A DNA stretch of 64,000 nucleotides from positions 402,814,001 through 402,878,000 of the forward strand of contig OZ024741.1 of NCBI GenBank assembly GCA_964016885.1, read 5' to 3'. Each line of letters begins with the position of its first letter. Within the stretch, counting starts at the first letter, position 1. Below, piece after piece: positions 1-15,898 of the stretch. The position numbers and the translations under genes were made by a program. The DNA comes from Eledone cirrhosa. Lineage: Eukaryota. The notes under the pieces were generated by a model. It was not told the origin of the DNA. It saw only the letters and a program-made list of their open reading frames with translations, and searched no databases.

Positions 1-3000
1 GGAGTTAAAAACAATCCCTCTAAAACTGTGGTGTCACATTTAATACAGAGATGTGGGGAGTTAAAAACAATCCCTCTAAAACTGTGGTGTCACATTTAAT
101 ACAGAGATGCTGGGAGTTAAAAACAATCCCTCTAAAACTGTGGTGTCACATTTAATACAGAGATGTTGGGAGTTAAAAACAATCCTTCCAAAACTGTGGT
201 GTCACATTTAATACAGAGATGTGGGGAGTTAAAAAACAATCCCTCTAAAACTGTGGTGTGACATTTAATACAGAGATGTTGGGAGTTAAAAACAATCCCT
301 CTAAAACTGTGGTGTCACATTTAATACAGAGATGCTGGGAGTTAAAAACAATCCCTCTAAAACTCTGGTGTCACATTTAATACAGAGATGTTGGGAGTTA
401 AAAACAATCCCTCCAAAACTGTGGTGTCACATTTAATACAGAGATGTGGGGAGTTAAAAAACAATCCCTCTAAAACTGTGGTGTCACATTTAATACAGAG
501 ATGTTGGGAGTTAAAAACAATCCCTCCAAAACTGTGGTGTCGCATTTAATACAGAGATGTGGGGAGTTAAAAAACAATCCCTCTAAAACTGTGGTGTCAC
601 ATTTAATACAGAGATGCTGGGAGTTAAAAACAATCTGTCTAAAATTGTGGTGTCACATTTAATACAGAGATACAGGGAGTTAAAAACAATCCCTCTAAAA
701 CTGTGGTGTCACATTTAATACAGAGATGTGGGGAGTTAAAAAACAATCCCTCTAAAACTGTGGTGTCACATTTAATACAGAGATGTTGGGAGTTAAAAAA
801 CAATCACCTCCAAAACTGTGGTGTCACATTTAATACAGAGATGCTGGGAGTTAAAAACAATCCCTCTAAAACTGTGGTGTCACATTTAATACAGAGATGT
901 TGGGAGTTAAAAACAATCCCTCTAAAACTGTGGTGTCACATTTAATACAGAGATGTGGGGAGTTAAAAACAATCCCTCTAAAACTGTGGTGTCACATTTA
1001 ATACAGAGATGTGGGGAGTTAAAAACAATCCCTCTAAAACTGTGGTGTCACATTTAATACAGAGATGTGGGGAGTTAAAAACAATCCCTCTAAAACTGTG
1101 GTGTCACATTTAATACAGAGATGTTGGGAGTTAAAAACAATCCCTCTAAAACTGTGGTGTCACATTTAATACAGAGATGTGGGGAGTTAAAAACAATCCC
1201 TCTAAAACTGTGGTGTCACATTTAATACAGAGATGTGGGGAGTTAAAAACAATCCCTCTAAAACTGTGGTGTCACATTTAATACAGAGATGCTGGGAGTT
1301 AAAAACAATCCCTCTAAAACTGTGGTGTCACATTTAATACAGAGATGTTGGGAGTTAAAAACAATCCCTCCAAAACTGTGGTGTCACATTTAATACAGAG
1401 ATGTGGGGAGTTAAAAAACAATCCCTCTAAAACTGTGGTGTGACATTTAATACAGAGATGTTGGGAGTTAAAAACAATCCCTCTAAAACTGTGGTGTCAC
1501 ATTTAATACAGAGATGCTGGGAGTTAAAAACAATCCCTCTAAAACTCTGGTGTCACATTTAATACAGAGATGTTGGGAGTTAAAAACAATCCCTCCAAAA
1601 CTGTGGTGTCACATTTAATACAGAGATGTGGGGAGTTAAAAAACAATCCCTCTAAAACTGTGGTGTCACATTTAATACAGAGATGTTGGGAGTTAAAAAC
1701 AATCCCTCCAAAACTGTGGTGTCACATTTAATACAGAGATGTGGGGAGTTAAAAAACAATCCCTCTAAAACTGTGGTGTCACATTTAATACAGAGATGCT
1801 GGGAGTTAAAAACAATCCGTCTAAAATTGTGGTGTCACATTTAATACAGAGATACTGGGAGTTAAAACAATCCCTCTAAAACTGTGGTGTCACATTTAAT
1901 ACAGAGATGTTGGGAGTTAAAAACAATCCCTCTAAAACTGTGGTGTCACATTTAATGCAGAGATGTTGGGAGTTAAAAAACAATCACCTCCAATACTGTG
2001 GTGTCACATTTAATACAGAGATGTTGGGAGTTAAAAACAATCCCTCTAAAACTGTGGTGTCACATTTAATACAGAGATGTTGGGAGTTAAAAACAATCCC
2101 TCTAAAACTGTGGTGTCACATTTAATACAGAGATGCTGTGGCGAGTTAAAAAACAATCCCTCTAAAACTGTGGTGTCACATTTAATACAGAGATATTGGG
2201 AGTTAAAAACAATCCCTCCAAGACTGTGGTGTCACATTTAATACAGAGATGTGGGGAGTTAAAAAACAATCCCTCTAAAACTGTGGTGTCACATTTAATA
2301 CAGAGATGTGGGGAGTTAAAAACAATCCCTCTAAAACTGTGGTGTCACATTTAATACAGAGATGTGGGGAGTTAAAAAACAATCCCTCTAAAACTGTGGT
2401 GTCACATTTAATACAGAGATGTTGGGAGTTAAAAACAATCCCTCTAAAACTGTGGTGTCACATTTAATACAGAGATGCTGGGAGTTAAAAACAATCCCTC
2501 TAAAACTGTGGTGTCACATTTAATACAGAGATGCTGGGAGTTAAAAACAATCCGTCTAAAATTGTGGTGTCACATTGAATACAGAGATGCTGGGAGTTAA
2601 AAACAATCCCTCTAAAACTGTGGTGTCACATTTAATACAGAGATGTTGGGAGTTAAAAACAATCCCTCTATAACTGTGGTGTCACATTTAATGCAGAGAT
2701 GTTGGGAGTTAAAAAACAATCCCTCCAAAACTGTGGTGTCACATTTAATACAGAGATGTTGGGAGTTAAAAACAATCCCTCTAAAACTGTGGTGTCACAT
2801 TTAATACAGAGATGTGGCGAGTTAAAAACAATCCCGTTAAAACTGTGGTGTCATATTTAATACAGAGATGTGGGGAGTTAAAAAACAATCCCTCTAAATC
2901 TGTGGTGTCACATTTAATACAGAGATGTTGGGAGTTAAAAACAATCCCTCCAAAACTGTGGTGTCACATTTAATACAGAGATATTGGGAGTTAAAAACAA

Positions 3001-6000
3001 TCCCTCTAAAACTGTGGTGTCACATTTAATACAGAGATGTGGGGAGTTAAAAACAATCCCGCTAAAACTGTGGTGTCACATTTAATACAGAGATGTGGGG
3101 AGTTCAAAACAATCCCTTTAAAACTGTGGTGTCACATTTAATACAGAGATGTGGGGAGTTAAAAACAATCCCGCTAAAACTGTGGTGTCACATTTAATAC
3201 AGAGATGTGGGGAGTTCAAAACAATCCCTCTAAAACTGTGGTGTCACATTTAATACAGAGATGTGGGGAGTTAAAAACAATCCCTCTAAAAGTGTGGTGT
3301 CACATTTAATACAGAGATGTTGGGAGTTAAAAATACTCCCTCTAAAACTGTGGTGTCACATTTAATACAGAGATGTGGGGAGTTAAAAATACTCCCTCTA
3401 AAACTGTGGTGTCACATTTAATACAGAGATGTGTGGGGTTAAAAACAATCCCTCTAAAACTGTGGTGTCACATTTAATACAGAGATGTGGGGAGTTAAAA
3501 ACAATCCCGCTAAAACTGTGGTGTCAGATTTAATACAGAGATGTGGGGAGTTAAAAAACAATCCCTCTAAATCTGTGGTGTCACATTTAATACAGAGATG
3601 TTGGGAGTTAAAAACAATCCCTCCAAAACTGTGGTGTCACATTTAATACAGAGATATTGGGAGTTAAAAACAATCCCTCTAAAACTGTGGTGTCACATTT
3701 AATACAGAGATGTGGGGAGTTAAAAACAATCCCTCTAAAACTGTGGTGTCACATTTAATACAGAGATGTGGGGAGTTAAAAACAATCCGTTTAAAACTGT
3801 GGTGTCACATTTAATACAGAGATGTGGGGAGTTAAAAACAATCCCTCTAAAACTGTGGTGTCACATTTAATACAGAGATGTGGGGAGTTAAAAACAATCC
3901 CTCTAAAACTGTGGTGTCACATTATTTACAGAGATGTGGGGAGTTAAAATCAATCCCTCGAAAACTGTGGTGTCACAATTAATACAGAGATGTGGGGAGT
4001 TAAAAACAATCCCGCTAAAACTGTGGTGTCACGTTTAATACAGAGATGTGGGGAGTTAAAAACAATCCCTCTAAAACTGTGGTGTCACATTTAATACAGA
4101 GATGTGGGGAGTTAAAAACAATCCGTCTCAAACTGTGGTGTCACATATAATACAGAGATGTGGGGAGTTAAAACAATCCCTCTAAAACTGTGGTGTCACA
4201 TTTAATACAGAGATGTGGGGAGTTAAAAACAATCCTTCTAAAACTGTGGTGTCACATTTAATACAGAGATGTGGGGAGTTAAAAACAATCCCTCTAAAAC
4301 TGTGGTGTCACATTTAATACAGAGATGTGGGGAGTTAAAAACAATCCCTCTAAAACTGTGGTGTCACATTTAATACAGAGATGCTGGGAGTTAAAAACAA
4401 TCCCTCTAAAACTGTGGTGTCACATTTAATACAGTGATGTTGGGAGTTAAAAACAATCCCTCCAAAACTGTGGTGTCACATTTAATACAGAGATGTGGGG
4501 AGTTAAAAAACAATCCCTCTAAAACTGTGGTGTCACATTTAATACAGAGCTGTTGGGAGTTAAAAACAATCCCTCTAAAACTGTGGTGTCACATTTAATA
4601 CAGAGATGTGGGGAGTTAAAAACAATCCCTCTAAATCTGTGGTGTCACATTTAATACAGAGATGTGGGGAGTTAAAAACAATCCCTCTAAAACTGTGGTG
4701 TCACATTTAATACAGAGATGTTGGGAGTTAAAAACAATCCCTCTAAAACTGTGGTGTCAAATTTAATACAGAGATGTGGGGAGTTAAAAACAATCCCTCT
4801 AAAACTGTGGTGTCACATTTAATACAGAGATGCTGGGAGTTAAAAACAATCCCTCTAAAACTGTGGTGTCACATTTAATACAGAGATGTGGGGAGTTAAA
4901 AACAATCCCTCTAAAACTGTGGTGTCACATTTAATACAGAGATGTGGGGAGTTAAAAACAATCCCTCTAAAACTGTGGTGTCACATTTAATACAGAGATG
5001 TGGGGAGTTAAAAACAATCCCTCTAAAACTGTGGTGTCACATTTAATACAGAGATGTGGGGAGTTAACAACAATCCCTCTAAAACTGTGGTGTCACATTT
5101 AATACAGAGATGCTGGGAGTTAAAAACAATCCCTCTAAAACTGTGGTGTCACATTTAATACAGTGATGTGGGGAGTGAAAAACAATCCCTCCAAAACTGT
5201 GGTGTCACATTTAATACAGAGATGTGGGGAGTTAAAAAACAATCCCTCTAAAACTGTGGTGTCACATTTAATACAGAGCTGTTGGGAGTTAAAAACAATC
5301 CCTCTAAAACTGTGGTGTCACATTTAATACAGAGATGCTGGGAGTTAAAAACAATCCCTCTAAAACTGTGGTGTCACATTTAATACAGAGATGTGGGGAG
5401 TTAAAAACAATCCCTCTAAAACTGTGGTGTCACATTTAATACAGAGATGTGGGGAGTTAAAAACAATCCCTCTAAAACTGTGGTGTCACATTTAATACAG
5501 AGATGCTGGGAGTTAAAAACAATCCCTCTAAAACTGTGGTGTCACATTTAATACAGAGATGTTGGGAGTTAAAAACAATCCCTCTAAAACTGTGGTGTCA
5601 CATTTAATACAGAGATGTGGGGAGTTAAAAACAATCCCTCTAAAACTGTGGTGTCACATTTAATACAGAGATGTGGGGAGTTAAAAACAATCCCTCTAAA
5701 ACTGTGGTGTCACATTTAATACAGAGATGTTGGGAGTTAAAAACAATCCCTCTAAAACTGTGGTGTCACATTTAATACAGAGATGTGGGGAGTTAAAAAC
5801 AATCCCTCTAAAACTGTGGTGTCACATTTAATACAGAGATGTGGGGAGTTAAAACAATCCCTCTAAAACTGTGGTATCACATTTAATACAGAGATGCTGG
5901 GAGTTAAAAACAATCCCTCTAAAACTGTGGTGTCACATTTAATACAGAGATGTTGGGAGTTAAAAACAATCATTCCAAAACTGTGGTGTCGCATTTAATA

Positions 6001-9000
6001 CAGAGATGTGGGGAGTTAAAAAACAATCCCTCTAAAACTGTGGTGTGACATTTAATACAGAGATGTTGGGAGTTAAAAACAATCCCTCTAAAACTGTGGT
6101 GTCACATTTAATACAGAGATGCTGGGAGTTAAAAACAATCCCTCTAAAACTCTGGTGTCACATTTAATACAGAGATGTTGGGAGTTAAAAACAATCCCTC
6201 CAAAACTGTGGTGTCTCATTTAATACAGAGATGTGGGGAGTTAAAAAACAATCCCTCTAAAACTGTGGTGTCACATTTAATACAGAGATGTTGGGAGTTA
6301 AAAACAATCCCTCCAAAACTGTGGTGTCACATTTAATACAGAGATGTGGGGAGTTAAAAAACAATCCCTCTAAAACTGTGGTGTCACATTTAATACAGAG
6401 ATGCTGGGAGTTAAAAACAATGCGTCTAAAATTGTGGTGTCACATTTAATACAGAGATACAGGGAGTTAAAAACAATCCCTCTAAAACTGTGGTGTCACA
6501 TTTAATACAGAGATGTTGGGAGTTAAAAACAATCCCTCTAAAACTGTGGTGTCACATTTAATGCAGAGATGTTGGGAGTTAAAAAACAATCACCTCCAAA
6601 ACTGTGGTGTCACATTTAATACAGAGATGCTGGGAGTTAAAAACAATCCCTCTAAAACTGTGGTGTCACATTTAATACAGAGATGTTGGGAGTTAAAAAC
6701 AATCCCTCTAAAACTGTGGTGTCACATTTAATACAGAGATGTGGGGAGTTAAAAGCAATCCCTCGAAAACTGTGGTGTCACATTTAATACAGAGATGTGG
6801 GGAGTTAAAAACAATCTCTCTAAAACTGTGGTGTCACATTTAATACAGAGATGTTGGGAGTTAAAAACAATCCCTCTAAAACTGTGGTGTCACATTTAAT
6901 ACAGAGATGTGGGGAGTTAAAAACAATCCCTCTAAAACTGTGGTGTCACATTTAATACAGAGATGTGGGGAGTTAAAAACAATCCCTCTAAAACTGTGGT
7001 GTCACATTTAATACAGAGATGCTGGGAGTTAAAAACAATCCCTCTAAAACTGTGGTGTCACATTTAATACAGAGATGTTGGGAGTTAAAAACAATCCCTC
7101 CAAAACTGTGGTGTCACATTTAATACAGAGATGTGGGGAGTTAAAAAACAATCCCTCTAAAACTGTGGTGTGACATTTAATACAGAGATGTTGGGAGTTA
7201 AAAACAATTCCTCTAAAACTGTGGTGTCACATTTAATACAGAGATGCTGGGAGTTAAAAACAATCCCTCTAAAACTCTGGTGTCACATTTAATACAGAGA
7301 TGTTGGGAGTTAAAAACAATCCCTCCAAAACTGTGGTGTCACATTTAATACAGAGATGTGGGGAGTTAAAAAACAATCCCTCTAAAACTGTGGTGTCACA
7401 TTTAATACAGAGATGTTGGGAGTTAAAAACAATCCCTCCAAAACTGTGGTGTCACATTTAATACAGAGATGTGGGGAGTTAAAAAACAATCCCTCTAAAA
7501 CTGTGGTGTCACATTTAATACAGAGATGTTGGGAGTTAAAAACAATCCCTCTAAAACTGTGGTGTCACATTTAATACAGAGATGCTGGGAGTTAAAAACA
7601 ATCCCTCTAAAACTGTGGTGTCACATTTAATACAGAGATGTTGGGAGTTAAAAACAATCCCTCCAAAACTGTGGTGTCACATTTAATACAGAGATGTGGC
7701 GAGTTAAAAAACAATCCCTCTAAAACTGTGGTGTCACATTTAATACAGAGATATTGGGAGTTAAAAACAATCCCTCCAAAACTGTGGTGTCACATTTAAT
7801 ACAGAGATGTGGGGAGTTAAAAAACAATCCCTCTAAAACTGTGGTGTCACATTTAATACAGAGATGTGGGGAGTTAAAAACAATCCCTCTAAAACTGTGG
7901 TGTCACATTTAATACAGAGATGTGGGGAGTTAAAAAACAATCCCTCTAAAACTGTGGTGTCACATTTAATACAGAGATGTTGGGAGTTAAAAACAATCCC
8001 TCTAAAACTGTAGTGTCACAATTAATACAGAGATGCTGGGAGTTAAAAACAATCCCTCTAAAACTGTGGTGTCACATTTAATACAGAGATGCTGGGAGTT
8101 AAAAACAATCCGTCTAAAATTGTGGTGTCACATTTAATACAGAGATGCTGGGAGTTAAAAACAATCCCTCTAAAACTGTGGTGTCACATTTAATACAGAG
8201 ATGTTGGGAGTTAAAAACAATCCCTCTATAACTGTGGTGTCACATTTAATGCAGAGATGTTGGGAGTTAAAAAACAATCCCTCCAAAACTGTGGTGTCAC
8301 ATTTAATACAGAGATGTTGGGAGTTAAAAACAATCCCTCTAAAACTGTGGTGTCACATTTAATACAGAGATGTGGCGAGTTAAAAACAATCCCGTTAAAA
8401 ATGTGGTGTCATATTTAATACAGAGATGTGGGGAGTTAAAAAACAATCCCTCTAAATCTGTGGTGTCACATTTAATACAGAGATGTTGGGAGTTAAAAAC
8501 AATCCCTCCAAAACTGTGGTGTCACATTTAATACAGAGATATTGGGATTTCAAAACAATCCCTCTAAAACTGTGGTGTCACATTTAATACAGAGATGTGG
8601 GGAGTTAAAAACAATCCCGCTAAAGCTGTGGTGTCACATTTAATACAGAGATGTGGGGAGTTAAAAACAATCCCTCTAAAACTGTGGTGTCACATTTAAT
8701 ACAGAGATGTTGGGAGTGAAAAAACAATCCCTCTAAAACTGTGGTGTCACATTTAATACAGAGATGTGGGGAGTTAAAAACAATCCCTCTAAAAGTGTGG
8801 TGTCACATTTAATACAGAGATGTTGGGAGTTAAAAATACTCCCTCTAAAACTGTGGTGTCACATTTAATACAGAGATGTGGGGAGTTAAAAATACTCCCT
8901 CTAAAACTGTGGTGTCACATTTAATACAGAGATGTGTGGAGTTAAAAACAATCCCTCTAAAACTGTGGTGTCACATTTAATACAGAGATGTGGGGAGTTA

Positions 9001-12000
9001 AAAACAATCCCGCTAAAACTGTGGTGTCACATTTAATACAGAGATGTGGGGAGTTAAAAAACAATCCCTCTAAATCTGTGGTGTCACATTTAATACAGAG
9101 ATGTTGGGAGTTAAAAACAATCCCTCCAAAACTGTGGTGTCACATTTAATACAGAGATATTGGGAGTTAAAAACAATCCCTCTAAAACTGTGGTGTCACA
9201 TTTAATACAGAGATGTGGGGAGTTAAAAACAATCCGTCTAAAACTGTGGTGTCACATTTAATACAGAGATGTGGGGAGTTAAAACCAATCCCTCTAAAAC
9301 TGTGGTGTCACATTTAATACAGAGATGTGGGGAGTTAAAAACAATCCCTCTAAAACTGTGGTGTCACATTTAATACAGAGATGTGGGGAGTTAAAAACAA
9401 TCCCTCTAAAACTGTGGTGTCACATTTAATACAGAGATGTGGGGAGTTAAAAACAATCCCTCTAAAACTGTGGTGTCACATTTAATACAGAGATGCTGGG
9501 AGTTAAAAACAATCCCTCTAAAACTGTGGTGTCACATTTAATACAGTGATGTTGGGAGTTAAAAACAATCCCTCCAAAACTGTGGTGTCACATTTAATAC
9601 AGAGATGTGGGGAGTTAAAAAACAATCCCTCTAAAACTGTGGTGTCACATTTAATACAGAGCTGTTGGGAGTTAAAAACAATCCCTCTAAAACTGTGGTG
9701 TCACATTTAATACAGAGATGTGGGGAGTTAAAAACAATCCCTCTAAAACTGTGGTGTCACATTTAATACAGAGATGTGGGGAGTTAAAAACAATCCCTCT
9801 AAAACTGTGGTGTCACATTTAATACAGAGATGTTGGGAGTTAAAAACAATCCCTCTAAAACTGTGGTGTCACATTTAATACAGAGATGTGGGGAGTTAAA
9901 AACAATCCCTCTAAAACTGTGGTGTCACATTTAATACAGAGATGTGGGGAGTTAAAAACAATCCCTCTAAAACTGTGGTGTCACATTTAATACAGAGATG
10001 CTGGGAGTTAAAAACAATCCCTCTAAAACTGTGGTGTCACATTTAATACAGAGATGTTGGGAGTTAAAAACAATCCCTCCAAAACTGTGGTGTCACATTT
10101 AATACAGAGATGTGGGGAGTTAAAAAACAATCCCTCTAAAACTGTGGTGTGACATTTAATACAGAGATGTTGGGAGTTAAAAACAATCCCTCTAAAACTG
10201 TGGTGTCACATTTAATACAGAGATGCTGGGAGTTAAAAACAATCCCTCTAAAACTCTGGTGTCACATTTAATACAGAGATGTTGGGAGTTAAAAACAATC
10301 CCTCCAAAACTGTGGTGTCACATTTAATACAGAGATGTGGGGAGTTAAAAAACAATCCCTCTAAAACTGTGGTGTCACATTTAATACAGAGATGTTGGGA
10401 GTTAAAAACAATCCCTCCAAAACTGTGGTGTCACATTTAATACAGAGATGTGGGGAGTTAAAAAACAATCCCTCTAAAACTGTGGTGTCACATTTAATAC
10501 AGAGATGCTGGGAGTTAAAAACAATCCGTCTAAAATTGTGGTGTCACATTTAATACAGAGATACTGGGAGTTAAAAACAATCCCTCTAAAACTGTGGTGT
10601 CACATTTAATACAGAGATGTTGGGAGTTAAAAACAATCCCTCTAAAACTGTGGTGTCACATTTAATGCAGAGATGTTGGGAGTTAAAAAACAATCACCTC
10701 CAAAACTGTGGTGTCACATTTAATACAGAGATGTTGGGAGTTAAAAACATTCCCTCTAAAACTGTGGTGTCACATTTAATACAGAGATGTTGGGAGTTAA
10801 AAACAATCCCTCTAAAACTGTGGTGTCACATTTAATACAGAGATGCTGGGAGTTAAAAACAATCCCTCTAAAACTGTGGTGTCACATTTAATACAGAGAT
10901 GTTGGGAGTTAAAAACAATCCCTCCAAAACTGTGGTGTCACATTTAATACAGAGATGTGGCGAGTTAAAAAACAATCCCTCTAAAACTGTGGTGTGACAT
11001 TTTATACAGAGATATTGGGAGTTAAAAACAATCCCTCCAAAACTGTGGTGTCACATTTAATACAGAGATGTGGGGAGTTAAAAAACAATCCCTCTAAAAC
11101 TGTGGTGTCACATTTAATACAGAGATGTGGGGAGTTAAAAACAATCCCTCTAAAACTGTGGTGTCACATTTAATACAGAGATGTGGGGAGTTAAAAAACA
11201 ATCCCTCTAAAACTGTGGTGTCACATTTAATACAGAGATGTTGGGAGTTAAAACAATCCGTCTAAAACTGTGGTGTCACATTTAATACAGAGATGCTGGG
11301 AGTTAAAAACAATCCCTCTAAAACTGTGGTGTCACATTTAATACAGAGATGCTGGGAGTTAAAAACAATCCGTCTAAAATTGTGGTGTCACATTTAATAC
11401 AGAGATGCTGGGAGTTAAAACAATCCCTCTAAAACTGTGGTGTCACATTTAATACAGAGATGTTGGGAGTTAAAAATAATCCCTCTATAACTGTGGTGTC
11501 ACATTTAATGCAGAGATGTTGGGAGTTAAAAAACAATCCCTCCAAAACTGTGGTGTCACATTTAATACAGAGATGTTGGGAGTTAAAAACAATCCCTCTA
11601 AAAATGTGGTGTCACATTTAATACAGAGATGTGGCGAGTTAAAAACAATCCCGTTAAAACTGTGGTGTCATATTTAATACAGAGATGTGGGGAGTTAAAA
11701 AACAATCCCTCTAAATCTGTGGTGTCACATTTAATACAGAGATGTTGGGAGTTAAAAACAATCCCTCCAAAACTGTGGTGTCACATTTAATACAGAGATA
11801 TTGGGAGTTAAAAACAATCCCTCTAAAACTGTGGTGTCACATTTAATACAGAGATGTGGGGAGTTAAAAACAATCCCGCTAAAACTGTGGTGTCACATTT
11901 AATACAGAGATGTGGGGAGTTAAAAACAATCCCTCTAAAACTGTGGTGTCACATTTAATACAGAGATGTTGGGAGTGAAAAAACAATCCCTCTAAAACTG

Positions 12001-15000
12001 TGGTGTCACATTTAATACAGAGATGTGGGGAGTTAAAAACAATCCCTCTAAAAGTGTGGTGTCACATTTAATACAGAGATGTTGGGAGTGAAAAAACAAT
12101 CCCTCCAAAACTGTGGTGTCACATTTAATACAGAGATGTGGTGAGTTAAAAAACAATCCCTCTAAAACTGTGGTGTGACATTTAATACAGAGATGTTGGG
12201 AGTTAAAAACAATCCCTCTAAAACTGTGGTGTCACATTTAATACAGAGATGTTGGGAGTTAAAAACAATCACTCCAAAACTGTGGTGTCACATTTAATAC
12301 AGAGATGTGGGGAGTTAAAAAACAATCCCTCTAAAACTGTGGTGTCACATTTAATACAGATATGTTGGGAGTTAAAAACAATCCCTCCAAAACTGTGGTG
12401 CCACATTTAATACAGAGATGTGGGGAGTTAAAAACAATCCGTCTAAAACTGTGGTGTCACATTTAATACAGAGATGTGGGGAGTTAAAAACAATCCCTCT
12501 AAAACTGTGGTGTCACATTTAATACAGAGATGTGGGGAGTTAAAAACAATCCCTCTAAAACTGTGGTGTCACATTTAATACAGAGATGTGGGGAGTTAAA
12601 AACAATCCCTCTAAAACTGTGGTGTCACATTTAATACAGAGATGTGGGGAGTTAAAAACAATCCCTCTAAAACTGTGGTGTCACATTTAATACAGAGATG
12701 TGGGGAGTTAAAAACAATCCCTCTAAAACTGTGGTGTCACATTTAATACAGAGATGTGGGGAGTTAAAAACAATCCCTCTAAAACTGTGGTGTCACATTT
12801 AATACAGAGATGTGGGGAGTTAAAAACAATCCCTCTAAAACTGTGGTGTCACATTTAATACAGTGATGTTGGGAGTTAAAAACAATCCCTCCAAAACTGT
12901 GGTGTCACATTTAATACAGAGATGTGGGGAGTTAAAAAACAATCCCTCTAAAACTGTGGTGTCACATTTAATACAGAGCTGTTGGGAGTTAAAAACAATC
13001 CCTCTAAAACTGTGGTGTCACATTTAATACAGAGATGCTGGGAGTTAAAAACAATCCCTCTAAAACTGTGGTGTCACATTTAATACAGAGATGTTGGGAG
13101 TTAAAAACAATCCCTCTAAAACTGTTGTGTCACATTTAATACAGAGATGTGGGGAGTTAAAAACAATCCCTCTAAAACTGTGGTGTCACATTTAATACAG
13201 AGATGTGGGGAGTTAAAAACAATCCCTCTCAAACTGTGGTGTCACATTTAATACAGAGATGTGGGGAGTTAAAAACAATCCCTCTAAAACTGTGGTGTCA
13301 CATTTAATACAGAGATGTTGGGAGTTAAAAACAATCCCTCTAAAACTGTGGTGTCACATTTAATACAGAGATGTGGGGAGTTAAAAACAATCCCTCTAAA
13401 ACTGTGGTGTCACATTTAATACAGAGATGTGGGGAGTTAAAAACAATCCCTCTAAAACTGTGGTGTCACATTTAATACAGAGATGCTGGGAGTTAAAAAC
13501 AATCCCTCTAAAACTGTGGTGTCACATTTAATACAGAGATGTTGGGAGTTAAAAACAATCCTTCCAAAACTGTGGTGTCACATTTAATACAGAGATGTGG
13601 GGAGTTAAAAAACAATCCCTCTAAAACTGTGGTGTGACATTTAATACAGAGATGTTGGGAGTTAAAAACAATCCCTCTAAAACTGTGGTGTCACATTTAA
13701 TACAGAGATGCTGGGAGTTAAAAACAATCCCTCCAAAACTGTGGTGTCACATTTAATACAGAGATGTGGGGAGTTAAAAAACAATCCCTCTAAAACTGTG
13801 GTGTCACATTTAATACAGAGATGCTGGGAGTTAAAAACAATCCGTCTAAAATTGTGGTGTCACATTTAATACAGAGATACAGGGAGTTAAAAACAATCCC
13901 TCTAAAACTGTGGTGTCACATTTAATACAGAGATGTTGGGAGTTAAAAACAATCCCTCTAAAACTGTGGTGTCACATTTAATGCAGAGATGTTGGGAGTT
14001 AAAAAACAATCACCTCCAAAACTGTGGTGTCACATTTAATACAGAGATGTTGGGAGTTAAAAACAATCCCTCTAAAACTGTGGTGTCACATTTAATACAG
14101 AGATTTGGGAGTTAAAAACAATCCCTCTAAAACTGTGGTGTCACATTTAATACAGAGATGCTGGGAGTTAAAAACAATCCCTCTAAAACTGTGGTGTCAC
14201 ATTTAATACAGAGATGTTGGGAGTTAAAAACAATCCCTCCAAAACTGTGGTGTCACATTTAATACAGAGATGTGGCGAGTTAAAAAACAATCCCTCTAAA
14301 ACTGTGGTGTCACATTTAATACAGAGATATTGGGAGTTAAAAACAATCCCTCCAAAACTGTGGTGTCACATTTAATACAGAGATGTGGGGAGTTAAAAAA
14401 CAATCCCTCTAAAACTGTGGTGTCACATTTAATACAGAGATGTGGGGAGTTAAAAACAATCCCTCTAAAACTGTGGTGTCACATTTAATACAGAGATGTG
14501 GGGAGTTAAAAAACAATCCCTCTAAAACTGTGGTGTCACATATAATACAGAGATGTTGGGAGTTAAAAACAATCCCTCTAAAACTGTGGTGTCACATTTA
14601 ATACAGAGATGCTGGGAGTTAAAAACAATCCCTCTAAAACTGTGGTGTCACATTTAATACAGAGATGCTGGGAGTTAAAAACAATCCGTCTAAAATTGTG
14701 GTGTCACATTTAATACAGAGATGCTGGGAGTTAAAAACAATCCCTCTAAAACTGTGGTGTCACATTTAATACAGAGATGTTGGGAGTTAAAAACAATCCC
14801 TCTAAAACTGTGGTGTCACATTTAATGCAGAGATGTTGGGAGTTAAAAAACAATCCCTCCAAAACTGTGGTGTCACATTTAATACAGAGATGTTGGGAGT
14901 TAAAAACAATCCCTCTAAAACTGTGGTGTCACATTTAATACAGAGATGTTGGGAGTTAAAAACAATCCCGTTAAAACTGTGGTGTCACATTTAATACAGA

Positions 15001-15898
15001 GATGTGGGGAGTTAAAAAACAATCCCTCTAAATCTGTGGTGTCACATTTAATACAGAGATGTTGGGAGTTAAAAACAATCCCTCCAAAACTGTGGTGTCA
15101 CATTTAATACAGAGATATTGGGAGTTAAAAACAATCCCTCTAAAACTGTGGTGTCACATTTAATACAGAGATGTGGGGAGTTAAAAACAATCCCGCTAAA
15201 ACTGTGGTGTCACATTTAATACAGAGATGTGGGGAGTTAAAAACAATCCCTCTAAAACTGTGGTGTCACATTTAATACAGAGATGTTGGGAGTGAAAAAA
15301 CAATCCCTCTAAAACTGTGGTGTCACATTTAATACAGAGATGTGGGGAGTTAAAAACAATCCCTCTAAAAGTGTGGTGTCACATTTAATACAGAGATGTT
15401 GGGAGTTAAAAATACTCCCTCTAAAACTGTGGTGTCACATTTAATACAGAGATGTGGGGAGTTAAAAATACTCCCTCTAAAACTGTGGTGTCACATTTAA
15501 TACAGAGATGTTGGGAGTGAAAAACAATCCCTCTAAAACTGTGGTGTCACATTTAATACAGAGATGTGTGGAGTTAAAAACAATCCCTCTAAAACTGTGG
15601 TGTCACATTTAATACAGAGATGTGGGGAGTTAAAAACAATCCCTCTAAAACTGTGGTGTCATATTTAATACAGAGATGTGGGGAGTTAAAAACAATCCCT
15701 CTAAAACTGTGGTGTCACATTTAATACAGAGATGTGGGGAGTTAAAAACAATCCCTCTAAAACTGTGGTGTCACATTTAATACAGAGATGTGGGGAGTTA
15801 AAAACAATCCCTCTAAAACTGTGGTGTCACATTTAATACAGAGATGTGGGGAGTTAAAAACAGTCCCTCTAAAACTTTGGTGTCACATTTAATACAGA

